A DNA stretch of 64,000 nt from Candidatus Omnitrophota bacterium (GTDB lineage: Bacteria > Omnitrophota > Gorgyraeia > Duberdicusellales > 4484-171), in the NCBI GenBank assembly GCA_014729775.1, contig WJJJ01000031.1, forward strand, positions 7,074-71,073. Direction: 5' to 3'. A program made the position numbers and the translations under genes. Position 1 is the first letter of the stretch. Each line of letters begins with the position of its first letter. Positions 18,332-27,825 of the stretch are shown here, piece after piece. The notes below the pieces were generated by a model. The model was not told the DNA's origin. It was given only the letters and a program-made list of their open reading frames with translations, and did no database searches.

Positions 18332-19585
18332 TTACGGCAAATATTTACGCGGGTCGGTAATGGCCCCCGTAAGCGCCGAGGCCGCCACCGTGGCCGGAGA
18401 CGCTAAATATATCTCACTGTGCGGATTCCCCATTCTTCCTTTGAAATTACGGTTCGCCGTAGACAGGGTGATTTCTCCGTCTGCGGGTACGCCCTGGTGC
18501 GTTCCCACGCACGGTCCGCAGCCCGGGGGCAGGATGATTGCTCCGGAATCGGTGAAGACCCTGATCAGCCCTTCGTCAAGCGCCGTCGAGAATATTTTCC
18601 GGGAGGCGGGCGCAATCAGCAGTTTTGTATCGCGGGCGACCTTTTTACCCCGGAGTATCTGCGCGGCGATCCGTAGATCTTCCATTCTTCCGTTGGTGCA
18701 CGTTCCCAAAAAAGCCTGATGGATACCGGTACCTTCCACTTCTTCTACCGGGCATCCGTTGTCTACAGTATGGGGCTTGGCGACATAGGGCGGTATGCTG
18801 CTGACGTCATATTCGATCGTTTTCTCGTAGACGCAGTCGGGATCGGGAGTAACCGGTTCACTTTTTTCCAGGCCGAGCGCGCGCAAAAGAGCGAGTGTCT
18901 TCTCGTCCTGGGGCATGAATCCGCATTTTGCACCGAATTCGATAGTCATATTGGTAATGGTGAACCGGGCGTCCATAGAGAGTTGTTCGACTGTTTTCCC
19001 CGTGAACTCGACCGCTTTGTAAGTAGCGCCGTTTGCTCCAAGGGAATGAATCACATGCAGGATAATATCTTTACTGTATACTCCTTTGGGAACCGAGCCC
19101 TTCAATATGATCTGATACGTAGCCGGTACTTTAAACCAGTTCTTGCCGGTTTGCAGAGTTACGGCCAAATCGGTCGACCCGACGCCGAACGCGGCCGCGC
19201 CGAGCGCGCCGGCAGTCGAGGTGTGCGAATCCGCGCCCAGGATCAGCGCGCCGGGAAAGGCCAATCCCTCTTCGATGACGAGCTGATGGGAAATGCCGCA
19301 GCCGACGTCATAGAGGGTACTCCGGTGTTCCCGGGCAAATTCCCTCATTTTGCTGTGTACTCTGGATACGCCCAGATTGGGCGAAGGACTGCTGTGGTCG
19401 ATGAACATCGCGTAATGCTCGGGATGGGCGAGCGCCTGCTGGAATTTCGCGAGCGCATCAATGACCAGAGCGCTGGTGCCGTCTTGAGAAAAACAGAAAT
19501 CGACCGAACACACCCCTACTTCTCCGGCCGTAAGTTGTGTTCCCGAATGAGCCGATAATATTTTTTCGATGACAGTGTGTCCCAT
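18332..19585 (-). CDS. leuC: 3-isopropylmalate dehydratase / aconitase-family large subunit (LeuC-like, short type)
   Basis: Aconitase-family Fe-S ligand regions (GADSHT, GTCTNGR, PGCGPC); 417 aa. Confidence 0.75.
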   Translation of the reverse strand: MGHTVIEKILSAHSGTQLTAGEVGVCSVDFCFSQDGTSALVIDALAKFQQALAHPEHYAMFIDHSSPSPNLGVSRVHSKMREFAREHRSTLYDVGCGISHQLVIEEGLAFPGALILGADSHTSTAGALGAAAFGVGSTDLAVTLQTGKNWFKVPATYQIILKGSVPKGVYSKDIILHVIHSLGANGATYKAVEFTGKTVEQLSMDARFTITNMTIEFGAKCGFMPQDEKTLALLRALGLEKSEPVTPDPDCVYEKTIEYDVSSIPPYVAKPHTVDNGCPVEEVEGTGIHQAFLGTCTNGRMEDLRIAAQILRGKKVARDTKLLIAPASRKIFSTALDEGLIRVFTDSGAIILPPGCGPCVGTHQGVPADGEITLSTANRNFKGRMGNPHSEIYLASPATVAASALTGAITDPRKYLP

Positions 19586-19586
19586 A

Positions 19587-20741
19587 TTATTTTTCTAAAA
19601 AGGCGCCGATGCGGGCAATGCCTTTTTCTATCTGCTCTTCTCCGGTGGCAAAGCTCATACGCAGGTATCCCTCTTGACCGAAAGGTTCAGCCGGGATACA
19701 GGACACAAGCTGTTGTGTGAGCAGTTGAGCCGCGAAGGTGGAGCTGTCTATTCCGGTTTCCCGGATGTCGCAGAATAAATAGAACGTGCCTTCAGGTTTA
19801 CAAGGCGAAAGTTTTGGATACCGCTTCAGTCCCGCGAAAAGCAGGTCGCGGCGCTGTTCGAGAATCTTCTGCATTTTCGAAATCCATTCCGTATCTTGAA
19901 TCGCGGCGAGCGCGGCGTGTTGGGATATTGAACAAAGACAGGAAGTCGTGTGCGCGAGGATATTTGACGCGGCGCCGATAATTTTTTCCGGTCCGGCAAG
20001 ATAGCCGACCCGCCATCCGGTCATGGCGTAAGCTTTAGAAAATCCGTTGACCGTCAGTGTTCGTTCGGCCATCCCCGGCAAGGCGGCGAAACTGGTATGC
20101 GTGCGTCCGTCATACAGCAATTTTTCATAAATTTCGTCGCTGAGCACGAAAAGTGAATCGTGAGCCCGGACGATGGCGGCAATTTCGCGCAGTTCGTCTT
20201 CACTGTAGGTGACTCCGGTCGGGTTTGAGGGATAATTGAGAATAAGGACTTTACTTTGAGGTGTGAGATGTTGCTTGAGTAGCGCGGGATCGATTTTAAA
20301 TGAGCGTTCCGCCGTCAAAGGAAGGGGTTTCATTGTTCCCCCGGCCAGTTTGATCATTTCCGGGTAGCTTACCCAGTAGGGTGCCGGTACGATCACCTCC
20401 TCATTCGGCGCAAGAAGCGTCAGCAGTGCGGTGTAGAGCGCGTATTTGGCTCCGCTGGTCACGATCACCTGCTGATGCTCTTTGGGGATGGAATTTTCTT
20501 TTGCGAGCTTTTCCGCGATCGCTTCTTTCAGCGCCGGCATTCCGGTCGAAGGAGTGTATTTGGTTTCACCCCTGTCGATCGCCCGGTGTGCGGCTTCCTT
20601 GATAAAATCGGGGGTGTCGAAATCCGGCTCGCCGGCGGCGAAATTGACCACATCCCGGCCTTCACGCACGAGCTTTTTCGTTTGCGCCGTGATTTTCAGC
20701 GTTGCCGATTTCTGGAGTGCTGCGACCTTCGGATTGATCAT
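19587..20741 (-). CDS. class I pyridoxal-phosphate aminotransferase (aspartate aminotransferase-like)
   Basis: PLP-lysine region SKAYAMTGWRVGY, NPTG motif; 384 aa. Confidence 0.8.
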   Translation of the reverse strand: MINPKVAALQKSATLKITAQTKKLVREGRDVVNFAAGEPDFDTPDFIKEAAHRAIDRGETKYTPSTGMPALKEAIAEKLAKENSIPKEHQQVIVTSGAKYALYTALLTLLAPNEEVIVPAPYWVSYPEMIKLAGGTMKPLPLTAERSFKIDPALLKQHLTPQSKVLILNYPSNPTGVTYSEDELREIAAIVRAHDSLFVLSDEIYEKLLYDGRTHTSFAALPGMAERTLTVNGFSKAYAMTGWRVGYLAGPEKIIGAASNILAHTTSCLCSISQHAALAAIQDTEWISKMQKILEQRRDLLFAGLKRYPKLSPCKPEGTFYLFCDIRETGIDSSTFAAQLLTQQLVSCIPAEPFGQEGYLRMSFATGEEQIEKGIARIGAFLEK

Positions 20742-20769
20742 ACTTTCGCAGGTATTCGAAGGTTATTTC

Positions 20770-21270
20770 TTACCGCTCTTTCTCTTTCCCAAATATTTTC
20801 CGCATGCCCGACATGAATCCCTTTTGCTCTTCGGATTTTTCCTGGGGCGTTTTTTGTTTCGGCTCCTGCACTGGTTTTGTCTGTTCCTTTGCGGTTTTTG
20901 GTTTCGCCCGTTTGGTCCGCTGGGTAAATTCCAGCAGCGACATGGGGGCGTTGTCTCCTTTGCGCGGGCTTACCTGCAGAATGCGCGTGTACCCGCCCGG
21001 GGTCTTTCGGTAACGCGGACCGATTTCGGTGAACAGTCTTTTCACCAGCGCGTGATCCTGCAGCATGTCGTAGCTTAATCGGCGATGATGAAGGGTATCC
21101 GATTTGGCCAGCGTGATCAGCTTATCCGCCCACGAACGGAGCGCTTTGGCGTTCGCGGTCGTGGTGGTAATACGTTCGTAGGTGATCAGCGCGCGTAAAA
21201 GAGATTTTACCAATGCCTTTCTTTGCGCTTTGGGTCTTGAAAACTTTTCGCTTTTTTTCCTGTGTCTCAT
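20770..21270 (-). CDS. rplQ: 50S ribosomal protein L17 with a K/E/Q-rich C-terminal extension
   Basis: L17 core (KALRSWADKLITLAK ... GGYTRIL) plus a ~45-aa basic/acidic tail. Confidence 0.9.
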   Translation of the reverse strand: MRHRKKSEKFSRPKAQRKALVKSLLRALITYERITTTTANAKALRSWADKLITLAKSDTLHHRRLSYDMLQDHALVKRLFTEIGPRYRKTPGGYTRILQVSPRKGDNAPMSLLEFTQRTKRAKPKTAKEQTKPVQEPKQKTPQEKSEEQKGFMSGMRKIFGKEKER

Positions 21271-22253
21271 ACCATATCCAGCTTTTCTTTATCGATCTTC
21301 ATTCCCAGTGATAAACCCATGGTTTTCAGCAGTCCCGTCACTTCGTTGAGCGATTTTTTTCCGAAGTTCCGGTAAGCGAGCATTTCGGCTTCGGTTTTAT
21401 CCACGAGGTCCGCGAGGGTTTTAATGTTTGCTTCGCGCAGGCAGTTCGCGCTGCGGACCGAAAGTTCAAGCTCGGAAATCGGGATGCGTAATTTTTCATA
21501 GAGAGATATTTCTTCCGGCGTGAGTTCTTCAGTTTCTTCTTCCGGGACCTCTCCCAGCGTGAAGAACAGTTCCAAATGTTTACTGAGAACCTTTGCCGCG
21601 TAAATAAGCGCTTCTTTCGGCTCAATGCTGGCATTGGTGAATATTTCCAGGATGAGCTTATCGTAATCGGTCCGTTTCCCTACGCGGGTATTTTCCACGT
21701 GGAAGGAAACCCTTTTTACCGGAGTAAAAATCGAGTCGACCGGGATAACGCCGATCGCCATATCCTCGCGTTTGTTTCCTTCCGCGGGAACAAAGCCTCT
21801 TCCCCGTCCCACTTCCATTTCGGCGATGAACTTGGCATCTTTGGAGGTGAGCGTGGCGATATGCAGGTCGGGATTGATGACTTCCACGCTCTCATCGGTC
21901 ACGATGTCTTTTGCGGTAACCTTTTTTTCTCCCTGGCTTTCAATATTGATTTTTTTGGGAGATTTCGAATAGGATCGCAGCACAATATTTTTTACGTTGA
22001 GGATGATTTCGGGGAGATCTTCATAGACTCCGTCAAGAGAAGAGAATTCATGGGGCGCATCTTCAAGCCGCAGCGAGGTAACCGCCGCTCCTTCGATCGA
22101 AGACAGAAGTACTCTGCGCAGGGAGTTTCCGAGTGTTACGCCGTATCCCCGTTCCAGGGGCTCGGCGATGAATTTTCCGTAATGGGGAGAGTAGCTTTCC
22201 TGTTCTACCGTGATCCGTTTAGGAAACTGAAAATCCCTCCAAGTTATGCCCAT
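21267..22253 (-). CDS. rpoA: DNA-directed RNA polymerase subunit alpha
   Basis: N-terminal dimerisation domain and C-terminal domain typical of RpoA; 328 aa. Confidence 0.95.
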   Translation of the reverse strand: MGITWRDFQFPKRITVEQESYSPHYGKFIAEPLERGYGVTLGNSLRRVLLSSIEGAAVTSLRLEDAPHEFSSLDGVYEDLPEIILNVKNIVLRSYSKSPKKINIESQGEKKVTAKDIVTDESVEVINPDLHIATLTSKDAKFIAEMEVGRGRGFVPAEGNKREDMAIGVIPVDSIFTPVKRVSFHVENTRVGKRTDYDKLILEIFTNASIEPKEALIYAAKVLSKHLELFFTLGEVPEEETEELTPEEISLYEKLRIPISELELSVRSANCLREANIKTLADLVDKTEAEMLAYRNFGKKSLNEVTGLLKTMGLSLGMKIDKEKLDMV

Positions 22254-22290
22254 ATGGTTACCTCCTCTATCGCTTTTCGGTTTAGGATCT

Positions 22291-22926
22291 TTATTTCGAA
22301 TAAAGCTCGACGATGAATTGTTCGTTGACCGGTATTCCGATTTCTTCTTTTGTCGGCATCCGGACGATTTTCACCGCGAGCGCGGATTTATCAACGGTCA
22401 GCCAGTCAGGGACACTGCGGTCCTTCGCGTTGGCCTCCATGTTCTCTTTCACCATTTTTTTGAATTTATCGTTTTGTTTGATCTGTATTTCTTCACCTTC
22501 CCGCACGATATAGGAAGGGATGTTCACTTTTCTGCCGTGAATGGCGACGTATCCGTGCAGGACGTATTGCCGCGCCTGATTGCGGGAAAAGGCGAATAAT
22601 GCCCGGTAAATGACGTTATCAAGCCGGCGTTCCAGCAGCTGCAGGAGCATCCGTCCCGTAATCCCCCGGGATTTGGTCGCGAGATCATAGAAACGGCGAA
22701 ATTGTTTTTCCTGCATGCCGTACATACGTTTGGTTTTTTGTTTTTCGCGCAGCTGTAATGCGTAATAAGACGGTTTAGGCGGACGTTTTTTCCCGCGCAT
22801 GCCCGGGGGGGTCGGACGCCGAGCAAAGGGACATTTTTCCGTGGCGCATTTCTGTCCTTTTAAAAACAATTTCTGTCCTTCCCGGCGGCATATTCTGCAT
22901 TTGTTTCCTGAAAGCTCGCGTGCCAT
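22291..22926 (-). CDS. rpsD: 30S ribosomal protein S4
   Basis: MARELSGNKCRICRREGQKLFLKG ... YALQLREKQK. Confidence 0.95.
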   Translation of the reverse strand: MARELSGNKCRICRREGQKLFLKGQKCATEKCPFARRPTPPGMRGKKRPPKPSYYALQLREKQKTKRMYGMQEKQFRRFYDLATKSRGITGRMLLQLLERRLDNVIYRALFAFSRNQARQYVLHGYVAIHGRKVNIPSYIVREGEEIQIKQNDKFKKMVKENMEANAKDRSVPDWLTVDKSALAVKIVRMPTKEEIGIPVNEQFIVELYSK

Positions 22927-22945
22927 ATTCCTCCTTGATTCGCTT

Positions 22946-23335
22946 TTAAACCCGGCGTTTTTTCCTCGGCCGGCAACCGTTATGGGGTGTCGGCGTGATA
23001 TCTTTTACTTTTCGCACATTTAAACCCGCGGCCTGCAGTGATCGTATTGCCGCTTCGCGCCCGGGCCCGGGGCCCTTCACCAGCACTTCGACATCCGTCA
23101 TTCCCAGGTCCCGGACTCGTTTCGCGACGCCGAATGAAGCGATTTGCGCCGCGTAAGGAGTGGATTTTTTCGTTCCTTTGAATCCGGCGGTTCCCGCCGA
23201 TCCCCAGGCGAGGGATTTCCCCTGAGGGTCACTGATGGTGATAATAGTATTGTTGAACGTCGCTTTTATGTGCGCAACGCCGAGATTCGAGGTTAAATGT
23301 ATTTTTTTCTTCCGTTCCCGTCTTCTTTTCGCCAT
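22946..23335 (-). CDS. rpsK: 30S ribosomal protein S11
   Basis: [29 protein letters not shown]. Confidence 0.95.
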   Translation of the reverse strand: MAKRRRERKKKIHLTSNLGVAHIKATFNNTIITISDPQGKSLAWGSAGTAGFKGTKKSTPYAAQIASFGVAKRVRDLGMTDVEVLVKGPGPGREAAIRSLQAAGLNVRKVKDITPTPHNGCRPRKKRRV

Positions 23336-23374
23336 TGTTTCTCCTCGCTTTACTACATTCCTTTCTGTGGAATG

Positions 23375-23746
23375 TTATTTGCGTTTGATTCCTCCTACTC
23401 TCGGACGCGGGCCTTTGCGCGTGCGGGAATTGCATTTGGTCCGTTGACCGCGTACGGGCAGTCCTTTTCTGTGGCGCATTCCCCGGTAGCTTCCTATTTC
23501 GATCAGTCTGCGGATATGCTGGGTGGTTTCCCGGCGCAGTTCTCCCTCCACTTTGTAATTATTCTGAATGTGTGAAGTGAGCCTGGAAACTTCTTCTTCG
23601 CTTAAGCTTTGCGCTTTTTTCTCCGGATCGATCCCCACATCTTTAAGAATTTTCAACGCCTGCGTATTGCCGATTCCGTAAAGATATTGGAGCGATATTT
23701 TTATTTTTTTGTTTTTCGGAATGTCTACACCAAAAAGTCGCGGCAT
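23375..23746 (-). CDS. rpsM: 30S ribosomal protein S13
   Basis: MPRLFGVDIPKNKKIKISLQYLYGIG. Confidence 0.95.
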   Translation of the reverse strand: MPRLFGVDIPKNKKIKISLQYLYGIGNTQALKILKDVGIDPEKKAQSLSEEEVSRLTSHIQNNYKVEGELRRETTQHIRRLIEIGSYRGMRHRKGLPVRGQRTKCNSRTRKGPRPRVGGIKRK

Positions 23747-23781
23747 TCGTTACCTCCCGTTCGTTTCTTCGCCGGCGCGGT

Positions 23782-23895
23782 TCATCCCTGTCGCTGTTTG
23801 TGCTTCGAATTGGTACAGATTACCCGCACCACGCCTTTTCGCTTAATAATTCTGCATTTACCGCATAATTTTTTTACCGAAGATTTTACTTTCAT
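23782..23895 (-). CDS. rpmJ: 50S ribosomal protein L36
   Basis: Not in the ORF track (too short). Minus strand encodes [37 protein letters not shown]. Confidence 0.9.
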   Translation of the reverse strand: MKVKSSVKKLCGKCRIIKRKGVVRVICTNSKHKQRQG

Positions 23896-23913
23896 GTTGT
23901 TCCTCGTATCTGC

Positions 23914-24663
23914 TTATTGAGTGATTATCCAGGTCCCTTTTGCCGTAATCGCGATGGTGTGCTCAAAATGGGCCGCGAGTCTGCCGTCGCGGGTGACCGC
24001 GGTCCAGTGATCATCGCGCATGGTAATTTCATGTGTGCCGGCGGCCACCATCGGTTCGATCGCCAGCGCCATTCCCGCTTTCAGTTCAGGTCCCGTATCC
24101 CGCCGGCCGAAGTTCGGCACTTCCGGCGACTGGTGCAATTCCCGTCCGATCCCGTGCCCGACGAATTTCCGGATTACCGAATATCCGTTCTTTTCGGCGC
24201 GTTTCTGCACCGCCGCTCCGATATCCCCGAGGCGGTTCCCTGCCCGCGCGGTTTTTATTCCGTCGTGGAGGGCTTTTTGGGTCACCAGCGCCAACCGTTT
24301 GGTATCGCGGTCGGGGCGGCCGACAAAAAAAGAACGGGCCGTATCGACGAATAATCCTTTGAATTTGATTCCCAGATCTATGCTGACCAGATCTCCGTTG
24401 CTGAGTATCTTCTTCTCCGACGGGATTCCATGGATGATTTCTTCATTTACCGATGCACAGACTGACGCCGGATATCCCATGAATCCTTTGAATGCGGGAC
24501 TCATGCCCGAATATCCGCGCAGATGTTCGTCGAATGAGCGTTCGATATCTTTGGTCGATATTCCCGCCCCGATACGCCGTCTTATTTTGCGAAAGAACGC
24601 CGATGCGGCTTTTCCGGCTATCCGCATCGTTTTAAACTCTTCTAAAGTTAACGGTTCGGACAT
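23914..24663 (-). CDS. map: type I methionine aminopeptidase
   Basis: Metal-ligand regions (HGIGRELHQSPEV, AIEPMV); 249 aa. Confidence 0.9.
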   Translation of the reverse strand: MSEPLTLEEFKTMRIAGKAASAFFRKIRRRIGAGISTKDIERSFDEHLRGYSGMSPAFKGFMGYPASVCASVNEEIIHGIPSEKKILSNGDLVSIDLGIKFKGLFVDTARSFFVGRPDRDTKRLALVTQKALHDGIKTARAGNRLGDIGAAVQKRAEKNGYSVIRKFVGHGIGRELHQSPEVPNFGRRDTGPELKAGMALAIEPMVAAGTHEITMRDDHWTAVTRDGRLAAHFEHTIAITAKGTWIITQ

Positions 24664-25199
24664 TTTTCCAGTGCGTCGCGTACCCGTTTATAGACTTCTT
24701 CGATCGTACCCTTGCCGTCGATCGCGCAAAGAGTACCGCTTTGCCGGTAGTAATCGAGCACTCCCGGTAACTCCCGGGCGAATACTTCCCAGCGTTTTTG
24801 GATTACTTCCCGGTTGTCATCGGTCCGGCCCCTGTTCATGAGCCGGTCGATGATGGTCTCTTCGTCGATCTCCAGATACAGAAATACGTCGATTTTCATT
24901 TGTTTTTTTTCGAGAATTTCATCCAGGGTTTCCGCTTGGGCGCGGTTCCTGGGATATCCGTCGAGCAAAAAACCGTTTTCGCTCACATTGGCTTCGATTA
25001 CTTTCGCGACCACTTCGTCCGGCGCGAGTACTCCTCGTTCCATGTAACTTTTCACCTCGTTTCCCAGGTCTGTTCCTTTTGCTACTTCCGCGCGAAGAAT
25101 GTCGCCTAGTGAAATTTTTCTGATGCCGAAATGTTCGCTGATTTTCACCGCCTGAGTCCCTTTTCCCGAACCAGGGGCTCCGAATAATACTACATTCAT
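24648..25199 (-). CDS. adk: adenylate kinase (short LID form)
   Basis: P-loop GAPGSGKGTQA; 183 aa. Confidence 0.9.
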   Translation of the reverse strand: MNVVLFGAPGSGKGTQAVKISEHFGIRKISLGDILRAEVAKGTDLGNEVKSYMERGVLAPDEVVAKVIEANVSENGFLLDGYPRNRAQAETLDEILEKKQMKIDVFLYLEIDEETIIDRLMNRGRTDDNREVIQKRWEVFARELPGVLDYYRQSGTLCAIDGKGTIEEVYKRVRDALEKCPNR

Positions 25200-26569
25200 C
25201 CTCTTCTCCCTTTCAGTGAACCTTTTTTCATGAATCCGTCGTAATGTCTGATCAATAATTGTCCTTCAATTTGTTTCATCGTATCCAACACGACCCCCAC
25301 CATGATCAGCAGGGTCGTTCCGCCGAATAAGGACGCAAGCGCGTATGACGGCACATTGAACGCCGACATGATCACGTTCGGGATAACCGCGATGGTACAG
25401 ATGTACATCGCTCCGATAAAAACCACACGCGTGGCAACGTAGTCCAAATACTGCGCGGTCGGCCGGCCGGGCCGGATCCCGGGAATAAACCCGCCGTATT
25501 TTTTCAGGTTGTTGGCCATTTCCGTCGGATTAAACATCAGGGCCGTGTAAAAATACATGAAGAAGACAATCAAGCCCATAAAGATCAGATTGTACCACAA
25601 TCCTCTCTGCTGAATGATGCTCTGTACCACCGCGAAAAACCGCATATTTTGCGACATGAACATTGCCAGCGTGCCGGGAACCGCGAGTACGCTGCTGGCG
25701 AAAATAATCGCGATGACTCCGGACATATCCACTTTAATCGGCAGATACTGACTTTGCCCTCCGTACACTCTGCGTCCCACTACTCTGCGGCCGTACTGGA
25801 TCGGGATTCTCCGCTGGGCCTGGCTGAATAATACCACTGCCATGAGCACGACCAGCCATACTACGAGCAGTCCCAGTACTTTCGGCGTGCTGATCGTGCT
25901 TTCTGCGGCGGGATCCCACGGTGACCACAGCCGGCCGATCTGGAACAAGCTTGAAGGAATCCGGGAAATGATACTGGTGGTAATGATCAGGGAAATACCG
26001 TTGCCGATTCCCCGCTCCTGTATCTGTTCCCCCAGCCACATGATAAACACCGTGCCTGCAGTCAGGGTGATGATCGTCGTGAAGATGAACAACGGGCCCC
26101 CGTCAGGGACGATCGTATACTCCGTTCCTCCAATCACGAAATTTTGCGGGTTTTGCAGCCACAACGCGAGGAAAAAACCTTGGATCACGCAGATGAAAAG
26201 CGTGAGGTAACGGGTGTACTGGTTGATCTTTTCGTATCCCGCTTTTCCTTCCTTCGCCAGCCTTTCCAGTGCGGGTACCACCGCGCTCAGAAGCTGCATG
26301 ATAATCGAAGAGGAAATGTAGGGCATAATTCCGAGCGCGAAGATACTGAGCCGGGTGAGCGCTCCACCGGTGAACATATTCGCAATTCCCAGAAGGGTGT
26401 GTCCCTGGGTCTGGGTCATTTTGTCAAAGAACCGGGTAAGCTCGAAAGTGTCAACTCCCGGAGTGGGGAGAAAACAGCCGATTCTATACACAATCAGCAG
26501 CGAAAGGGTAATGAGGATCTTTCGCTTGAGATCCGGGATCCGGAAAATATTGCTTACCTTTTTAAACAT
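25196..26569 (-). CDS. secY: preprotein translocase subunit SecY
   Basis: 10-TM SecY with conserved plug/hinge regions; 457 aa. Confidence 0.95.
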   Translation of the reverse strand: MFKKVSNIFRIPDLKRKILITLSLLIVYRIGCFLPTPGVDTFELTRFFDKMTQTQGHTLLGIANMFTGGALTRLSIFALGIMPYISSSIIMQLLSAVVPALERLAKEGKAGYEKINQYTRYLTLFICVIQGFFLALWLQNPQNFVIGGTEYTIVPDGGPLFIFTTIITLTAGTVFIMWLGEQIQERGIGNGISLIITTSIISRIPSSLFQIGRLWSPWDPAAESTISTPKVLGLLVVWLVVLMAVVLFSQAQRRIPIQYGRRVVGRRVYGGQSQYLPIKVDMSGVIAIIFASSVLAVPGTLAMFMSQNMRFFAVVQSIIQQRGLWYNLIFMGLIVFFMYFYTALMFNPTEMANNLKKYGGFIPGIRPGRPTAQYLDYVATRVVFIGAMYICTIAVIPNVIMSAFNVPSYALASLFGGTTLLIMVGVVLDTMKQIEGQLLIRHYDGFMKKGSLKGRRG

Positions 26570-27006
26570 TCAGCTTTTCCCCCGGCCTGTTCAATGAGCG
26601 TTTTTGCTTTGGAAGAAAACGCGTCGGCTTTCACCGTTGCCTTGCAGGAATACTTCCCCGCGGTAGCGGCAAGGATTTTTACCGGTGTGCGCGTGTTCTT
26701 GATAAGGTTCGCCGTTTTTAACGTTTCCGGGGTGATTTCTTTTTCGTCAGGCACCGCGCGCGCGATATCCTTTAAATTGACGATTTCATAGATTCTCGGA
26801 CAGGGAGAAGTAAATCCCCGTTTCGGTATTTTACGGTAATAAGGCAGGTTCCCGCCTTTAAATCCTAGGTAAGGGATTTTCTTTCCTTTGCGCTGCCCGG
26901 ATCCGTTATTGCCTCGGCCGCTCGTTTTGCCCCGGCCGCTGCCGGTACCCCGGCCTACCCGTTTCCGCGTGCGCATCGTATGTTTTCCCAGATCGGACAA
27001 ATTCAT
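26554..27006 (-). CDS. rplO: 50S ribosomal protein L15
   Basis: RKRVGRGTGSGRGKTSGRG glycine-rich L15 motif. Confidence 0.95.
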   Translation of the reverse strand: MNLSDLGKHTMRTRKRVGRGTGSGRGKTSGRGNNGSGQRKGKKIPYLGFKGGNLPYYRKIPKRGFTSPCPRIYEIVNLKDIARAVPDEKEITPETLKTANLIKNTRTPVKILAATAGKYSCKATVKADAFSSKAKTLIEQAGGKAECLKR

Positions 27007-27009
27007 TCT

Positions 27010-27471
27010 TTATCCTTTCATGCTTTCCAGCGCCGTGAAGGTCGCTTTCACTACGTTCGTCGGATTTTTTGATTTCTTGACGATTTTTGTCAAAATATCC
27101 TTAATACCGGCGCATTCGCAGATTGACCGGATCGGCGCCGCGGCAATTACTCCGGTTCCCTGCGCGGCGGGTTTAAACAGTATCTCAACGGCGCCGAATT
27201 CTCCGTGAATTTCGTGTGGTATCGTCGTTCCGCGTTTTTTTGCCACGATCATTTTTTTCTTGGCTCGCTTGATTCCTTTGCGGATGGCATCGGCGACCTC
27301 ATTGGCTTTCCCTAATGCGAATCCGACCTGTGATTCCCCGTCGCCTACGACAACCAGCGCGGAAAACGCCAGATTCTTCCCGCCTTTGGTGACTTTCGTG
27401 ACGCGGTTGATCGTGATCACTTTCTCGATAAAGGCTTGTTCCTGAGTCGTTTTTTTGTCGGTTTTCTGCAT
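27010..27471 (-). CDS. rpsE: 30S ribosomal protein S5
   Basis: VTKVTKGGKNLAFSALVVVGDG. Confidence 0.95.
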   Translation of the reverse strand: MQKTDKKTTQEQAFIEKVITINRVTKVTKGGKNLAFSALVVVGDGESQVGFALGKANEVADAIRKGIKRAKKKMIVAKKRGTTIPHEIHGEFGAVEILFKPAAQGTGVIAAAPIRSICECAGIKDILTKIVKKSKNPTNVVKATFTALESMKG

Positions 27472-27824
27472 TAGAACTTCAATCCTCCTTCTCTTGCTCC
27501 TTCCGCGAGCGCTTTTACCCTGCCGTGGAATCGATACCCCGCCCGGTCAAAACGCACCGCGTGAATTCCCTGTTCCCGGCTTTTCCGGGCGACGATTTTT
27601 CCCAGCTCTTTGGCTCCTTCTACCGTGGTAGTTTTTTTGTCGCCGGTCTTGAATTCCTTCTGCTGGGTGGAACAGCCCGTGATCACGCGCTGCTCTGTGT
27701 CGTTGACCAGTTGGGCGTACATGTGTTTTTTACTGCGGAATACGACCAGTCGCGGATTTGTGTCGTCTCCGCGTAATTTTTTCGTAATCCGTTTATGACG
27801 TTTGATTCTCGCGCTGCTTTTCAT
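27471..27824 (-). CDS. rplR: 50S ribosomal protein L18
   Basis: L18 fold; sits between L6 and S5. Confidence 0.9.
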   Translation of the reverse strand: MKSSARIKRHKRITKKLRGDDTNPRLVVFRSKKHMYAQLVNDTEQRVITGCSTQQKEFKTGDKKTTTVEGAKELGKIVARKSREQGIHAVRFDRAGYRFHGRVKALAEGAREGGLKF

Positions 27825-27825
27825 C

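Noticed and set aside
20482-21078. Numerous plus-strand ORFs overlapping minus-strand ribosomal, rpoBC, groEL and uvrB genes (e.g. 20482..21078, 48416..49174, 51889..53208, 38198..38905)
   Set aside because: They are antisense to strongly supported conserved genes; long antisense ORFs are expected in GC-rich DNA.
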